From Candidatus Latescibacterota bacterium (GTDB lineage Bacteria; Latescibacterota; UBA2968; UBA8231), in the NCBI GenBank assembly GCA_965206595.1, contig OZ242214.1, positions 2,432,001 to 2,496,000 of the forward strand: 64,000 nucleotides of DNA. Reading direction: 5' to 3'. How positions within the stretch are numbered: position 1 is the stretch's first letter; each line of letters starts with the position of its first letter. The notes beneath the pieces were generated by a model, which worked only from the letters and a program-made list of their open reading frames with translations, was not told the DNA's origin and did no database searches. A program made the translations under genes and the position numbers. Below are positions 37,308 through 47,430 of this stretch, piece after piece.

Positions 37308-39851
37308 TCAGGCGCTCCCCTCCCTCGTCCCGGCCAGCGGCAGCCCGGCGGACTCGGCGGTCGCCATGGTGAGGGCGCGCAGGTCTTCCGGCTCGATGTT
37401 GTGGAGGTCGGTCTTGCCGGTGCAGCGCGCCATCATCGAGGCCTCGCCGGTGTTCGCCCTGATCAGGTTGGCCACCGCTTCGGCGCGCTCCGCGGACCCG
37501 AGGCCGGCCTCGAAAACCAGCGCCTCGCCGGCGATCCGGCCTCCCGCGGCGATTCCGGCGGCGACCCCGAGGACCATGGCGACCGCCCCCAGGCCGACGA
37601 GCTTGGCGGCGTCGGTTCCCGAGCGCACCCCCCCGAACCAGACGAGGTCGACCTCCTCCTCGCGGTCGAGGCGCCTGAGGATGGCGACGGCATCGCGCAG
37701 CAGGCCGAGGTCGGGGACGGTCCGCAGCTCGGGCAAGGCGCTTGCCGCGATCCCCCCGGTGCCGTCGAGCACGAGCAGGTCGAGGCCGCGTTCGAGGGCG
37801 TGGGCGAGCGCCGGTTCGAGGTCCCCTGCCGACGACACCGCGAGCCCGAGCAGCTGGCTTTGCGCAAGCCGGTCCAGGTGGGAAAGCGGCCGACCGGCGG
37901 CGAACGGCTGTACGAAGCCGGCGGCCCCGGCGTCCGCCTCTCCCTCTCCAAAAGCCAGGAGCTGGAGCCACGGGACCTCTACCTCCCCCGGCAGCTTGCG
38001 CGCGCCGAGGTAAACCCCCTGCGCGGCGCTCAGCCCCCTGGCCACCGCGGCCCGCACTTCGCGCGGAGATGCGTCGAACCCGGTGACGAGGAAGGGGTGC
38101 GCCAGCGCCAGGCGGCCGCCGAGATCGAAGTCGACGCGGCAGGCCTCGCGGTAGGGATCGATGACCAGCCGCGACAGGTTCGCCGGCAGGAAGACGATGT
38201 CGTCGAGCTGCGCGGGGCGCTCTTCGGGAAAGGGGTTGTCGCGCGGCGCGAGGCGGCGCTGCAGCATGGCCCGGCGCTTGTCGTGCTCGTCGGGGCCGAT
38301 GCGGGCCATCGAGAACAGGTCTTCGCGGTGCTGGACGGAGTAATCGGGGGTTCCGGTCTCGGCGTCGCAGCGGTAGCAGCGCGCCGCTTCCTTCCTGGCG
38401 GTGTCGTCGTCGTAGGTCGCCTCGATCTCGGGGAACTCGACCGGCACGGCGCCCAGCCCGAAGAACTCGGGGTGCTGCAGCTTGACGCGTTCCCACATCA
38501 TGTCCTGGGCCACGTCGACGCGCCGCGTCCGGTAGGGGGTGCGGTAGGGCATCGGGTCGCCGTTGCCCTCGAGGAACTGCTCGATGTAGTAGGCGGCGCG
38601 CTGGCCGTGGTGCATCGCCATGACGATGGTCGAGCCCCCGAAGGCGCCGTCCCCGGCGGCGAAGACCTTGGGATCGCCGGTGCGCATGGTCTCCCAGCGG
38701 GTGCGCACCCGGTCGGGCAGCATCATGCCGATGCGGTCGAGCTCCGCGCACACCCCTTTTTGTCCCACCGCGGCGATCACCATGCCGCACTCGATCTCGT
38801 GCTCGCTTCCCGGCACCGCGACCGGGCTGCGGCGGCCGCTCTCGTCCGGCTCCCCCGCCTCGGTCTTCACGCACCGCAGCCTCAGCCCCTCCCCGTCTCC
38901 GGCGACGGAGACCTGCTGCGTGTTGTAGACGAACTCGATTCCCTCGGCGACGGCCCCCTCGAGCTCGATGCGGCGCGCCGGGATCTCCTCGGGTCCGCGG
39001 CGGTAGATGACGGTCACGTGTTCGCAGCCGGGCAGCCGCCTGGCGACGCGGCAGGCGTCCATGGCGACGTCGCCGCCGCCGACGACGACCACCTTCCGCG
39101 GCAGCTGCGGCCGCTCGCCGGTGTTGACGCGGCGCAGGAAACCGACCCCGTCGACCACCAGCGGGTGCTCCTCCCCCGGGATCTCCATCGGCTTGCCCCA
39201 CCAGGAGCCGATCGCCAGCAGCACGGCGTCGTGCCTCTCCTTGAGCTCCTCGAGGTGGACCTGCTTTCCCAGCTCGGTGTCGAGATGGACGTGGAGCCCC
39301 GGGCACTTGCCGGTGAGGCGGTCGATGTCCTCGTCGATGATCCCCGGCGGCAGCCGGAACGCCGGTATGCCCCAGGCCATCATGCCGCCGAGGCGGTCGC
39401 TCATCTCGTAGACGTGGACGGTGTAGCCGGCGACGCACAGGTCGTGGGCGGCGGTCAGTCCGGCCGGTCCGGAGCCGACGATGCCGACGCTCTCCTTCTT
39501 CGTCACCGGCACCGGCGGCGGGTCGTACCGGTGCCCCACCTTGTCCATGACGAAGCGCTTGAGGTTGCGGATCTGCAGCGGCCCGTCGCTGTCGGTGCGC
39601 CGGCAGGCCGGCTCGCACGGGGCGTCGCAGACGCGCCCGCAGATCGAGCTGAACGGGTTGGTGGCGGTGATCGCCTCGAAGGCCTCGGCGTACTTCTCCT
39701 CCCAGATGAGGGCGATGTAGGAGGGGGCGTCGGTCCCCACCGGGCAGGCGACCTGGCAGGGGGCGGGCACGAAATGGGTCCCCCCGCTGTCGTCGGCGAA
39801 TCCCTTCGGGGTCTGCGGCATCTCGATGCGGTGGAGGTCGTAGACGCTCAC
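37308..39851 (-). CDS. GltD-like FAD/Fe-S oxidoreductase fused to a degenerate glutamate-synthase FMN domain
   Basis: PCQVACP, CGRVCDAPCEPAC, GSGPAG, GGGDVAMD, CYRC, then GGVRSGTDAAKLVGLGA; GTGA overlap with the upstream gene. Confidence 0.85.
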   Translation of the reverse strand: MSVYDLHRIEMPQTPKGFADDSGGTHFVPAPCQVACPVGTDAPSYIALIWEEKYAEAFEAITATNPFSSICGRVCDAPCEPACRRTDSDGPLQIRNLKRFVMDKVGHRYDPPPVPVTKKESVGIVGSGPAGLTAAHDLCVAGYTVHVYEMSDRLGGMMAWGIPAFRLPPGIIDEDIDRLTGKCPGLHVHLDTELGKQVHLEELKERHDAVLLAIGSWWGKPMEIPGEEHPLVVDGVGFLRRVNTGERPQLPRKVVVVGGGDVAMDACRVARRLPGCEHVTVIYRRGPEEIPARRIELEGAVAEGIEFVYNTQQVSVAGDGEGLRLRCVKTEAGEPDESGRRSPVAVPGSEHEIECGMVIAAVGQKGVCAELDRIGMMLPDRVRTRWETMRTGDPKVFAAGDGAFGGSTIVMAMHHGQRAAYYIEQFLEGNGDPMPYRTPYRTRRVDVAQDMMWERVKLQHPEFFGLGAVPVEFPEIEATYDDDTARKEAARCYRCDAETGTPDYSVQHREDLFSMARIGPDEHDKRRAMLQRRLAPRDNPFPEERPAQLDDIVFLPANLSRLVIDPYREACRVDFDLGGRLALAHPFLVTGFDASPREVRAAVARGLSAAQGVYLGARKLPGEVEVPWLQLLAFGEGEADAGAAGFVQPFAAGRPLSHLDRLAQSQLLGLAVSSAGDLEPALAHALERGLDLLVLDGTGGIAASALPELRTVPDLGLLRDAVAILRRLDREEEVDLVWFGGVRSGTDAAKLVGLGAVAMVLGVAAGIAAGGRIAGEALVFEAGLGSAERAEAVANLIRANTGEASMMARCTGKTDLHNIEPEDLRALTMATAESAGLPLAGTREGSA

Positions 39852-41803
39852 GGCAGGCTGCCTCCTGCAAGCACTTCCTCTGCGGGCCGCGGTTGGTACG
39901 GCAGCCCGGTGATCGCCGCCGCGTCCGGGGTCAGGGCGACGAGGTCGCCGCGGCCGAGCTCGCGGGTGTCGGCGTATCCGAGGGCGCTGGTGAGGGAAGC
40001 GATCTGCCAGCGCACGAACTCGAGGAAGCGGTGGATGTTGAGGGCCTCGACGTTGACCTGGTAGCGCTCCTCGTGCTCGGGGTCCTGGGTGGCGATGCCG
40101 GTGACGCACTGGCCGACGTGGCACTGCATGCAGGCGATGCAGCCCCCGGCGATCAGGACCGAGGTGCCGAACGCCGCTGCGTCCGCTCCCAGGCAGAGGG
40201 CCTTGACGGCGTCGACGCCGTCGCGCAGGCCGCCCATGAGCACGATCTGTATGTCCTGGCGGCGGCCGATCTCCGCCAGCGCCTCCTCGGCCTCGACGAT
40301 GGCGGACAAGGTCGGGATGCCGACGTGGTCGATGACCTCGCCGCTGCCGGCGCCGGTGGCCCCCTGCATGCCGTCGAGCTCGACGAAGTCGAAGCCGTCC
40401 TTGACGGCGATCTTGATGTCGTCGCGCACCCTGCCCGCCCCGAGCTTGACGCTCACCGGCAGGCGGTAGCCGGTGGCCTCGCGGAACTCCTCGATCTTGA
40501 TGACGAGGTCGTCGGCCCCGAGGATGTCGGGGTGGCGCGACGGCGAGCGCAGGTCGATGCCGGCGGGGATGCCCCGGATCGCGGCCAGCTCCGGGGTCAC
40601 CTTCTTGGCCATGAGCTGGCCGCCGAGCCCCGGCTTGGCCCCCTGCGAGATGTAGATCTCCAGGCCGTCGGCCCGCTTCATGTCGTGGATGTTCCAGCCG
40701 AGGCGCCCGCCGAGGCACTGGAAGATCAGCTGCTTGGCCGAGTCCCGCTGGGCGTCGCTCATCCCCCCTTCGCCGGTGTTCTCGGCGATGTCCGACATCC
40801 CCGAGGCGATGGCGACGGCCTGCTTGGTCGAGCGGCTGAGGGCGCCGTAGCTCATCGGCGCGACCATCACCGGCATGCTCAGCTCGAGCGGCTCGGCGCC
40901 GTTGATCCCGCCGATCTCGGTGCGCATGCGCACCTTGGAGACGGCGCCGGGATCGCCGCCGGCCTGCGACAGGTCGGCGCGGAAGCCCAGGTCGGCCAGG
41001 TGCGGCAGGGGCCGCGCCGCCCCGTACCCGCGAATGCGGTAGCGCCCGATCTGCGCCTTGACGTCGATGTCCTCCTGGACCTTCTCGTTCCAGTACTGCG
41101 AGTCGCGGGAGTAGGTGAAGAAGGGCAGGCTGCGCACCGTCGGCTCCGCGGTCCCGTAGCGCAGCTTGCCGCCGGCGTTGACGATCTTGCTGAAGCCGCC
41201 GCGGAAGGGGATTTCCCAGCGGTCGAGGAACTCGCGGACCTCGTCGATCTCGGAACTGTCGGCGTCGGTCAGGGCGGCGTCGCTGCCGAGGTCCCGCACC
41301 CTGCCCCCCACGAAAATCTCGCCCCCGGTCATATCCTCGCCGACGCGTTCGCCGGAGTCGCCGAGGATTATGATGCGCCCCCCGTACATCATGTAACCCG
41401 CCATGAAGTTGGCGTTGCCGGCGCAGCACAGGGTGCCGGCCTTCATCACCTGGCCGGCGCGCGAGCCGACGTTGCCGTGCACCACCAGCTCGGCGCCGCG
41501 AATCGCGACCCCGGCAATGGCGCCGGCGTTCCCCCGGACCACCACCGAGCCGCTGTACATGTTGTCCCCCAGGCCCCAGCCGGCGTTGTTGTCCACCTCG
41601 AAACAGGCGCGGTCGGTGAGGCCGGCGCAGAAGTACCCCGCCGAGCCGCGCACGCGCACCCGGATCGGCGCCGTCAGCCCGACGCCGATGTGGTGGCGGG
41701 CGTCCGGGTTGAGGACTTCGACGTCCTCCCCGGCCTCTCCGTGTCCGCGGATCAGCTCGTTGGCGCGGCGGACCGGGATCTCGGCGAGATCTACCTGGAC
41801 CAT
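39848..41803 (-). CDS. N-methylglutamate synthase-like GXGXG plus FMN-domain fusion (MgsB-MgsC / GlxC-GlxD)
   Basis: GXGXG repeats (GSAGYFCAG, NAGWGLG, GERVGEDMTGG), then MSYGALS, NTGEGG, QGAKPGLGG, SPSRHPD, CIACMQCHVGQC. Confidence 0.85.
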   Translation of the reverse strand: MVQVDLAEIPVRRANELIRGHGEAGEDVEVLNPDARHHIGVGLTAPIRVRVRGSAGYFCAGLTDRACFEVDNNAGWGLGDNMYSGSVVVRGNAGAIAGVAIRGAELVVHGNVGSRAGQVMKAGTLCCAGNANFMAGYMMYGGRIIILGDSGERVGEDMTGGEIFVGGRVRDLGSDAALTDADSSEIDEVREFLDRWEIPFRGGFSKIVNAGGKLRYGTAEPTVRSLPFFTYSRDSQYWNEKVQEDIDVKAQIGRYRIRGYGAARPLPHLADLGFRADLSQAGGDPGAVSKVRMRTEIGGINGAEPLELSMPVMVAPMSYGALSRSTKQAVAIASGMSDIAENTGEGGMSDAQRDSAKQLIFQCLGGRLGWNIHDMKRADGLEIYISQGAKPGLGGQLMAKKVTPELAAIRGIPAGIDLRSPSRHPDILGADDLVIKIEEFREATGYRLPVSVKLGAGRVRDDIKIAVKDGFDFVELDGMQGATGAGSGEVIDHVGIPTLSAIVEAEEALAEIGRRQDIQIVLMGGLRDGVDAVKALCLGADAAAFGTSVLIAGGCIACMQCHVGQCVTGIATQDPEHEERYQVNVEALNIHRFLEFVRWQIASLTSALGYADTRELGRGDLVALTPDAAAITGLPYQPRPAEEVLAGGSLP

Positions 41804-42690
41804 GTGTCGAAATCTCCCGGCGGGGGTTCGCGCGTGTCGAGGGCCTGCCCGGGGAACAGGCGGTTGAGGGACACCTCCTCGGAGGCGACGGCGATGAGGT
41901 CGTCGTTCTCGTACAGGATCATCGGCTTGGCGGCGAGCCGGTCCTTGGCGTAGCCGATCTCGTCCCGGGTCGACACCAGGAAGGAGAAGGTGCCGTCGAG
42001 GTCGTCGATCGAGTCGGCGAGGGCCTGCTTGAGGGCGATCCCCTGCGACAGCTTGTCGGCGAGGTAGACGGCGATCAGCTCGCTGTCGTTGTCGGTGGTG
42101 AACTGGAAGCCGCGGCGCTCGAGGCGGCGGCGCATCTTCCAGTAGTTGGTGATCTGGCCGTTGTGGACGATGGCGACGTCGGCGAACCCGGTGGCCCAGA
42201 ACGGGTGCGACGCCTCCGGTTTGACGTCGGACTCGGTGGCGAGGCGGACGTGGCCGAGGCCGTGGCTGCCGGTGAAGCTGTCGACGCCGTAGCGCTCGTC
42301 GACCTCGTGGGCCCCGCCGACGTCCTTGATGATCTCGAGGCTGGAGCCGATCGAGACCACCTTGGCGGCCTGCTCGACGGCGTAGGAGAACTTCTGCACG
42401 TCGCCGTCGAACTCGACGGTCACCCTGTAGTTGATTCCCGTCCTCTCTTCGTCCACGATGGCGGCCCCCTGCCCGGCGACCGCCTCGGCGATGCGGGCGA
42501 TCGCGGTTTCCGCCTCCCCACCCTCGCCGACGAAGAAACGCAGCCGCAGCCGCCCTTCCTCTTCCCGGGTGTAGAGGGCGAACCCGGTGGAGTCGGGGCC
42601 GCGGTGCTGGCAGCCGTCGAGCATGTCGACCAGGGCCCGCCCCGTGCCCAGCAGCCTCCCCTTGTACATGATTCCGGCGATTCCACACAT
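41791..42690 (-). CDS. Class II glutamine amidotransferase (MgsA/GlxB-like)
   Basis: MCGIAG, HRGPDSTG, GHVRLATES, HNGQITN, DSE. Confidence 0.88.
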   Translation of the reverse strand: MCGIAGIMYKGRLLGTGRALVDMLDGCQHRGPDSTGFALYTREEEGRLRLRFFVGEGGEAETAIARIAEAVAGQGAAIVDEERTGINYRVTVEFDGDVQKFSYAVEQAAKVVSIGSSLEIIKDVGGAHEVDERYGVDSFTGSHGLGHVRLATESDVKPEASHPFWATGFADVAIVHNGQITNYWKMRRRLERRGFQFTTDNDSELIAVYLADKLSQGIALKQALADSIDDLDGTFSFLVSTRDEIGYAKDRLAAKPMILYENDDLIAVASEEVSLNRLFPGQALDTREPPPGDFDTWSR

Positions 42691-42723
42691 GCGCTTTTTC
42701 TCCTTTGCTGCCGGCCTAGGCGC

Positions 42724-43389
42724 TCAACCCCCGGTACCGGCCCGCGGCTCGATGATGACGGACAGAAAGCGGATCGGCAGCTCGACCAGCTCTTCGGGAC
42801 CGTGCGTGGCATCGGCGTCGAAGAAGAGGGAGTCCCCGGCCTCCATGCGGTAGGTGCGGTTGCCGTGGCGGTAGGTGACCTTCCCCTCCAGCATGTGGAT
42901 GAACTCCACGCCGCGATGCTGAAAGAGCGGGAACACGTCGGACTCCTCGGTCAGCGAGATCAGGTACGGCTCGACGAGAAGCTGCCTGTTCACCGTGTGC
43001 CCGAGGAGCTGGTACTGGTGCCCGGCGCGGGTGCCGCGGCGCTCGATGGTCAGCCCCTCCCCCTTGCGCACGAACGACACCTCGCGCTCCTCCTCGTATT
43101 TGCGGAAGCAAGCGGTCACCGGGACATTGAGCGCCCGCGACAGGGATTTGAGGGTGGCCAGCGACGGCGAAGCGATGCCGTTCTCGATCTTGGACAGCAT
43201 GCCCGGCGACAGCCCGGCCTGGTTGGCGAGCTCGGCCGCGGTCATGTTCAGCTGAACGCGGAAATCGCGAATCTGGCGCCCGATGGCGGCCTCGAGCTCG
43301 TTGGCGGGTGCCGACTGCCTGGCGGGATCGCCGTTGCCGTCCGCCGGGGGCCCGGAAAGCCGGTCTTGCGGTATTCTGGCGGTGGTCAT
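42724..43389 (-). CDS. XRE-family HTH-cupin transcriptional regulator
   Basis: LSPGMLSKIENGIASPSLATL; GDSLFFDADATHGP. Confidence 0.9.
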   Translation of the reverse strand: MTTARIPQDRLSGPPADGNGDPARQSAPANELEAAIGRQIRDFRVQLNMTAAELANQAGLSPGMLSKIENGIASPSLATLKSLSRALNVPVTACFRKYEEEREVSFVRKGEGLTIERRGTRAGHQYQLLGHTVNRQLLVEPYLISLTEESDVFPLFQHRGVEFIHMLEGKVTYRHGNRTYRMEAGDSLFFDADATHGPEELVELPIRFLSVIIEPRAGTGG

Positions 43390-43531
43390 ACCGGGAAGAT
43401 ACTCCGCCGGTTGTCTCCTGACAACAAAATTGAACCACAGGAAACACCGCCCTTGATCGGCATTCAGGGGTTCAATTTCAACGTGATTATTTGAACTTTA
43501 TTATTTACAAACACATACGGCGAAACCCGAC

Positions 43532-44536
43532 ATGAAACTCGGCATCAATACCCTGTTCATTCTCAAGTACGACCTCGGAGAGGCCCTCCGCTATGCGAAA
43601 AACCTCGGTGCCCGTTGCATCGAAGTCGGCTGTATGGGGGAGGCGACAAAGAAGCACTGCGACGCCGGGAAGCTCGTTGCCGACCGCGGCGAGCTGCGCC
43701 GCTGGCTCGACACCATCGCCGGGCACGGGCTCGAAATCAGCGCCCTGGCCGCCCATGGCGACATGCTCTCACCGGACCGGGAGGCGGCGGCCGGGTGGGC
43801 GCGGGGGTTCCGCACCGCGTGCGAGCTGGCCGAGCTGGCCGCAGTCGAGCTGATCACGCTCAATTCCGGTTGTCCCGAAGGGGCCGAGGGCGACACCGCT
43901 CCCTGCTGGATCACCGACGTCTTCAACGCCGAATCCCGCAACATCCTGAAATGGCAGTGGGAGGAGCGGGTGATCCCGTTCTGGCGCGAGCAGGCGAAGA
44001 TCGCCTCCGACCACGGCTGCCGGCTCTGCATCGAGCCCTGGATCGGCGACGTCGTGCACACCCCCGCCACGTTGATGAAGCTGCGCGATGCCGTCGGCGA
44101 GGCGATCGGCTGCAACTTCGATCCGTCCCATCTGTTCGTGCAGCACGTCGACGTGCTCGAATCGATCCGCTACCTCGGCGACCTCATCCGGCACATCCAC
44201 ATGAAGGACACCCGCATCGACCCGCACAACCTGCGCCTGCAGGGGCTGCTCGACACGACCGTCCCCCCGACCGATCCGAAAAACCGCGTGTGGACGTTCA
44301 CGTGCGTCGGCTGGGGGCACGACGAGAGCTTCTGGCGCGACTTCATCACCAACCTGCGGTTCGTCGGGTACGAAGGCGCGCTGTCGGTGGAGATGGAGTC
44401 CGACTACATGGACATCGACGACGGCATGGAGAAGCAGTTCGACCTGCTGCGCCGCCTGGTGCTGGCTCCACCGCCGGCTCCCGGGGAGCGCTGGTGGGAA
44501 GTGGCGGGCCTGGACGGGATCGGGCGGGACGAATGA
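43532..44536 (+). CDS. Sugar phosphate isomerase/epimerase (AP-endonuclease-2 TIM barrel)
   Basis: CIE, NFDPSHL, HIHMKD, GYEGALSVEME. Confidence 0.85.
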   Translation: MKLGINTLFILKYDLGEALRYAKNLGARCIEVGCMGEATKKHCDAGKLVADRGELRRWLDTIAGHGLEISALAAHGDMLSPDREAAAGWARGFRTACELAELAAVELITLNSGCPEGAEGDTAPCWITDVFNAESRNILKWQWEERVIPFWREQAKIASDHGCRLCIEPWIGDVVHTPATLMKLRDAVGEAIGCNFDPSHLFVQHVDVLESIRYLGDLIRHIHMKDTRIDPHNLRLQGLLDTTVPPTDPKNRVWTFTCVGWGHDESFWRDFITNLRFVGYEGALSVEMESDYMDIDDGMEKQFDLLRRLVLAPPPAPGERWWEVAGLDGIGRDE

Positions 44537-45309
44537 CCGCAGCGCCCCCAACCGAAACGGAGCTCGAACGATGGGAAAGCTGACACCTGCCGGTGCACCC
44601 CCTTCGACGCACTGGTACGAAACCGCCGGCCTCGGGATGTTCATCCACTGGGGGCTCTCCAGCGTCCGCGCCGTAGGCGACCTCTCCTGGTCGATGATCA
44701 GGGACACCCCCTACGACGCCGAGCTCGACAACCGCAACAAGCTGACCCCCGAGGAGTACCGGAAGCAGGCGGACGAGTTCGATCCGGACAGCTACGACCC
44801 GGACCTGTGGATGCGGGCCGCGAGGGAGGCCGGCTTCCGCTACGCCGTGCTGACCACCCGCCATCACGACGGCTACGCCCTGTGGCCGAGCGCCTTCGGC
44901 GATTTCAGCACCCGAACCCACATGGGGGGCCGCGACCTGGTGCGGCCGTTCGTCGATGCCTGCCGCGACAACGGCATCAAGGTCGGCTTCTACTACTCCC
45001 CCGGGGACTGGTACCGCGAGCGCCACCGCCGCTCGTTCGGCTATTTCCAGACCTTCGGCCTGCGCCACGAGCCGATCGAGCTCCAGGAGTGGGACCCCGG
45101 ACTCCGGGATGCCGCAGCAGGAGTGGGTCACCAACGAAAAGAGGAAGCACGAGGAGGAGGAGGCGCCCTACGTCATCGGCCAGATGGAGGAGCTGCTGAC
45201 CCGCTACGGCGACCTCGACGTCTTCTGGTACGACGGCGGCTCGGCGATGACCAACGAGTGCGTCCGCGAGCTGCAGCGGAACGTCATGATAAACGACCGC
45301 GGTGTGTGA
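44533..45309 (+). pseudogene. Alpha-L-fucosidase (GH29), frameshifted and 3'-truncated
   Basis: GMFIHWG, TTRHHDGYALWPS, GFYYS; second frame ELLTRYG..VFWYDG...INDR, then stop. Confidence 0.8.
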
Positions 45310-45313
45310 CGGA

Positions 45314-45325
45314 TTGGTATACCAA
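45314..45325. promoter_or_regulatory. Palindrome TTGGTATACCAA, GntR/FadR-type (UxuR/ExuR-like) operator
   Basis: Perfect 12-bp palindrome with an extra TATACCAA half-site right after it. Confidence 0.45.
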
Positions 45326-45422
45326 ATATACCAAGAATCCCTGATTATCAGGGCTGTGAAGGGGGGGGGGTTTTACGAGAGAATCATGCTTGTAACTGCC
45401 TATTTTCTGGAAGACTCCTTCC

Positions 45423-45779
45423 ATGAAATCCGCCGTTATCTTGCTGCTTCTGTTCCCGTTGCCGGGCCGCTTGTGGCCCAACCGGACGACTTTCAGGCAT
45501 CTGGGAGGGACCCATAGATTCGGATTTAACAGCCCGTTGATAAAGTTGCACCCGGTCCTCCTCCTCGGCGGCAATATCCGCCTCTCCGAGACCATTTCCG
45601 TGGTCTCCGAAAACTGGATCATCACCGGCCAGAATCGCGGGCTTGACGAACAGCCCCTGGGCATCGCCTTGCGCTTTTTCGGCTCCAGGATAGCTGTCGA
45701 CGCAGGTGCCATTTTCGTCCTCGAGGAGGGGGGATTCCCCTTCCCATGGCTTTCTTTCGTCTACAACTTCAGCAATTGA
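45423..45779 (+). CDS. Hypothetical exported protein, possibly internally deleted
   Basis: Signal-peptide-like start; amphipathic beta C-terminus PWLSFVYNF. Confidence 0.35.
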   Translation: MKSAVILLLLFPLPGRLWPNRTTFRHLGGTHRFGFNSPLIKLHPVLLLGGNIRLSETISVVSENWIITGQNRGLDEQPLGIALRFFGSRIAVDAGAIFVLEEGGFPFPWLSFVYNFSN

Positions 45780-45863
45780 GCCGGGTTGATCTTCATACTG
45801 AAGTGCGCTCATTCCCGTAATCCGTCTTGTTTCTGCCTGCCCCTGCCCTTTTACAAGATTGAA

Positions 45864-46475
45864 ATGATTTCAGCATACAAAATAAAACCAGCGTTTCAGC
45901 AACTGCTTAAGCCGTTGCTGAACAGGTTGCACAAGGCCGGGGTCAGCGCCAACGGCATTACCTGGACGGCCCTGTTTTTGTCGGCGGTCATCGGGGTACT
46001 GTTCTGGTTCTTTCCCAACGGGCATATGCTCTGGGTATTCGCCGTTGCTCTGCTTGTGAGGATGGCCCTGAATACCCTGGACGGGATGATGGCGCGAACG
46101 CATGGCATGGCGAGCGTTTCCGGGGAGATACTGAACGAGCTGGGCGACGTTCTTTCCGATGCGGTGATGTACTTGCCCCTGATAAAACTTGCAGGGATGA
46201 ACCCATGGTGGGTGGTGTCGTTCGTTTTTCTTTCCCTGCTGAACGAGTTCGTCGGGGTGTTGATGAAGGCTGCGACCGGAACGCGGCGATACGACGGCCC
46301 CATGGGAAAGAGCGACAGGGCACTGGTTCTGGGCCTCGCCTGCCTGCTGTCATTCTTCTGGCCCGGGGCAATGGTGTCCTTCGACTACATTTTTCCCGGT
46401 ATGAGTCTTCTGTTGGTTGCGAGTTCGACGGTCCGCATAAAAAAGGGACTGGCTTCTACGGGCAATCGATCATGA
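45864..46475 (+). CDS. CDP-alcohol phosphatidyltransferase (YnbA-like)
   Basis: ANGIT, NTLDGMMAR...GEILNELGDVLSD, GPMGKSDRA. Confidence 0.88.
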   Translation: MISAYKIKPAFQQLLKPLLNRLHKAGVSANGITWTALFLSAVIGVLFWFFPNGHMLWVFAVALLVRMALNTLDGMMARTHGMASVSGEILNELGDVLSDAVMYLPLIKLAGMNPWWVVSFVFLSLLNEFVGVLMKAATGTRRYDGPMGKSDRALVLGLACLLSFFWPGAMVSFDYIFPGMSLLLVASSTVRIKKGLASTGNRS

Positions 46476-47416
46476 ACCTGTTCATAGTACCACGGGAAAT
46501 TGCCCTGGTCATCGGGCTGATTTTCGGTCTCCTGGTTTTTGCGACCCTCCTTTTCTGGCTACTGGGAAAGGCGAAACCCCAGGGCGATTTCACCGAATTG
46601 AAGACGAGGACCCGATCCTGGTGGGCAATGGCTACCATCTTTGTCCTGGCGACCATTCTCCATCCTGTCATCACCTTTGTTTCGCTCGGACTGCTTTCCT
46701 TTTTCGCCTTGAGGGAGATATCGTCCATCAGCAAGAATGTAAGGGACGCCGACCGCGGGGTATTGATCTGGTGTTACCTGGCTATCCCGGTTCAATACGG
46801 TTTCGCCTACATCGGCCACTACGGCCTGTTTCTCATCTTCATTCCGGTGTTCATGTACATATGGATCCCCTTCATGCTGGTCCTCAAGGGAGAAACCGAG
46901 GATATCAGCCGGTCGATGAGTGTTCTTCCCACCCAGTTGATTTTTACGGTATTCGGGGTCAGTCATCTGGCTTTTCTCGTTTCCCTGCCCGGCCTTCCCG
47001 GGTTCGATGCAGGGGGGAGAGGGCTGTTGCTGTTCATCGTATTCATCACCGAACTGAACGACGTGTTGCAGTTTACATGGGGGAAGTTGCTTGGAAGGTA
47101 CCGGATCGTTCCCAAGGTGAGTCCCGGAAAGACCTGGGAAGGGCTGATAGGGGGGATCATCACCACTATGGTCGTCGGCTACCTCCTGCGCTTCCTGACC
47201 CCCTTCTCCGAGACGGAAGTCCTGATTGCCTGTGGTCTCAGCGCTGTCATCGGGTTCATTGGAGACGTGATCGTCTCCGCAATCAAGAGAGATCTGGGTC
47301 TCAAGGATACAGGAAAGGCAATTCCCGGGCATGGCGGGATTCTGGACAGGATAGATTCCCTGGCGCCTACGGCCCCGGTCTTCTTTCACATCGTATATAA
47401 CCTGCACTACGTCTGA
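46472..47416 (+). CDS. Phosphatidate cytidylyltransferase (YnbB/CdsA-like)
   Basis: SPGKTWEG, SAIKRDLGLKD.G..IPGHGGILDRIDSL. Confidence 0.92.
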   Translation: MNLFIVPREIALVIGLIFGLLVFATLLFWLLGKAKPQGDFTELKTRTRSWWAMATIFVLATILHPVITFVSLGLLSFFALREISSISKNVRDADRGVLIWCYLAIPVQYGFAYIGHYGLFLIFIPVFMYIWIPFMLVLKGETEDISRSMSVLPTQLIFTVFGVSHLAFLVSLPGLPGFDAGGRGLLLFIVFITELNDVLQFTWGKLLGRYRIVPKVSPGKTWEGLIGGIITTMVVGYLLRFLTPFSETEVLIACGLSAVIGFIGDVIVSAIKRDLGLKDTGKAIPGHGGILDRIDSLAPTAPVFFHIVYNLHYV

Positions 47417-47430
47417 ACCGGAGGGCTCCG

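Noticed and set aside
37116-41953. Very long plus-strand ORFs (982 aa, 686 aa) and Arg/Pro-rich alternative frames here and across the window
   Set aside because: Antisense or off-frame shadows of high-GC genes, with no motifs.
37308-42688. ORF-track 1373-aa and 946-aa giant fusions
   Set aside because: Their N-terminal parts are off-frame overlaps; real starts are at 39851 and 41803.
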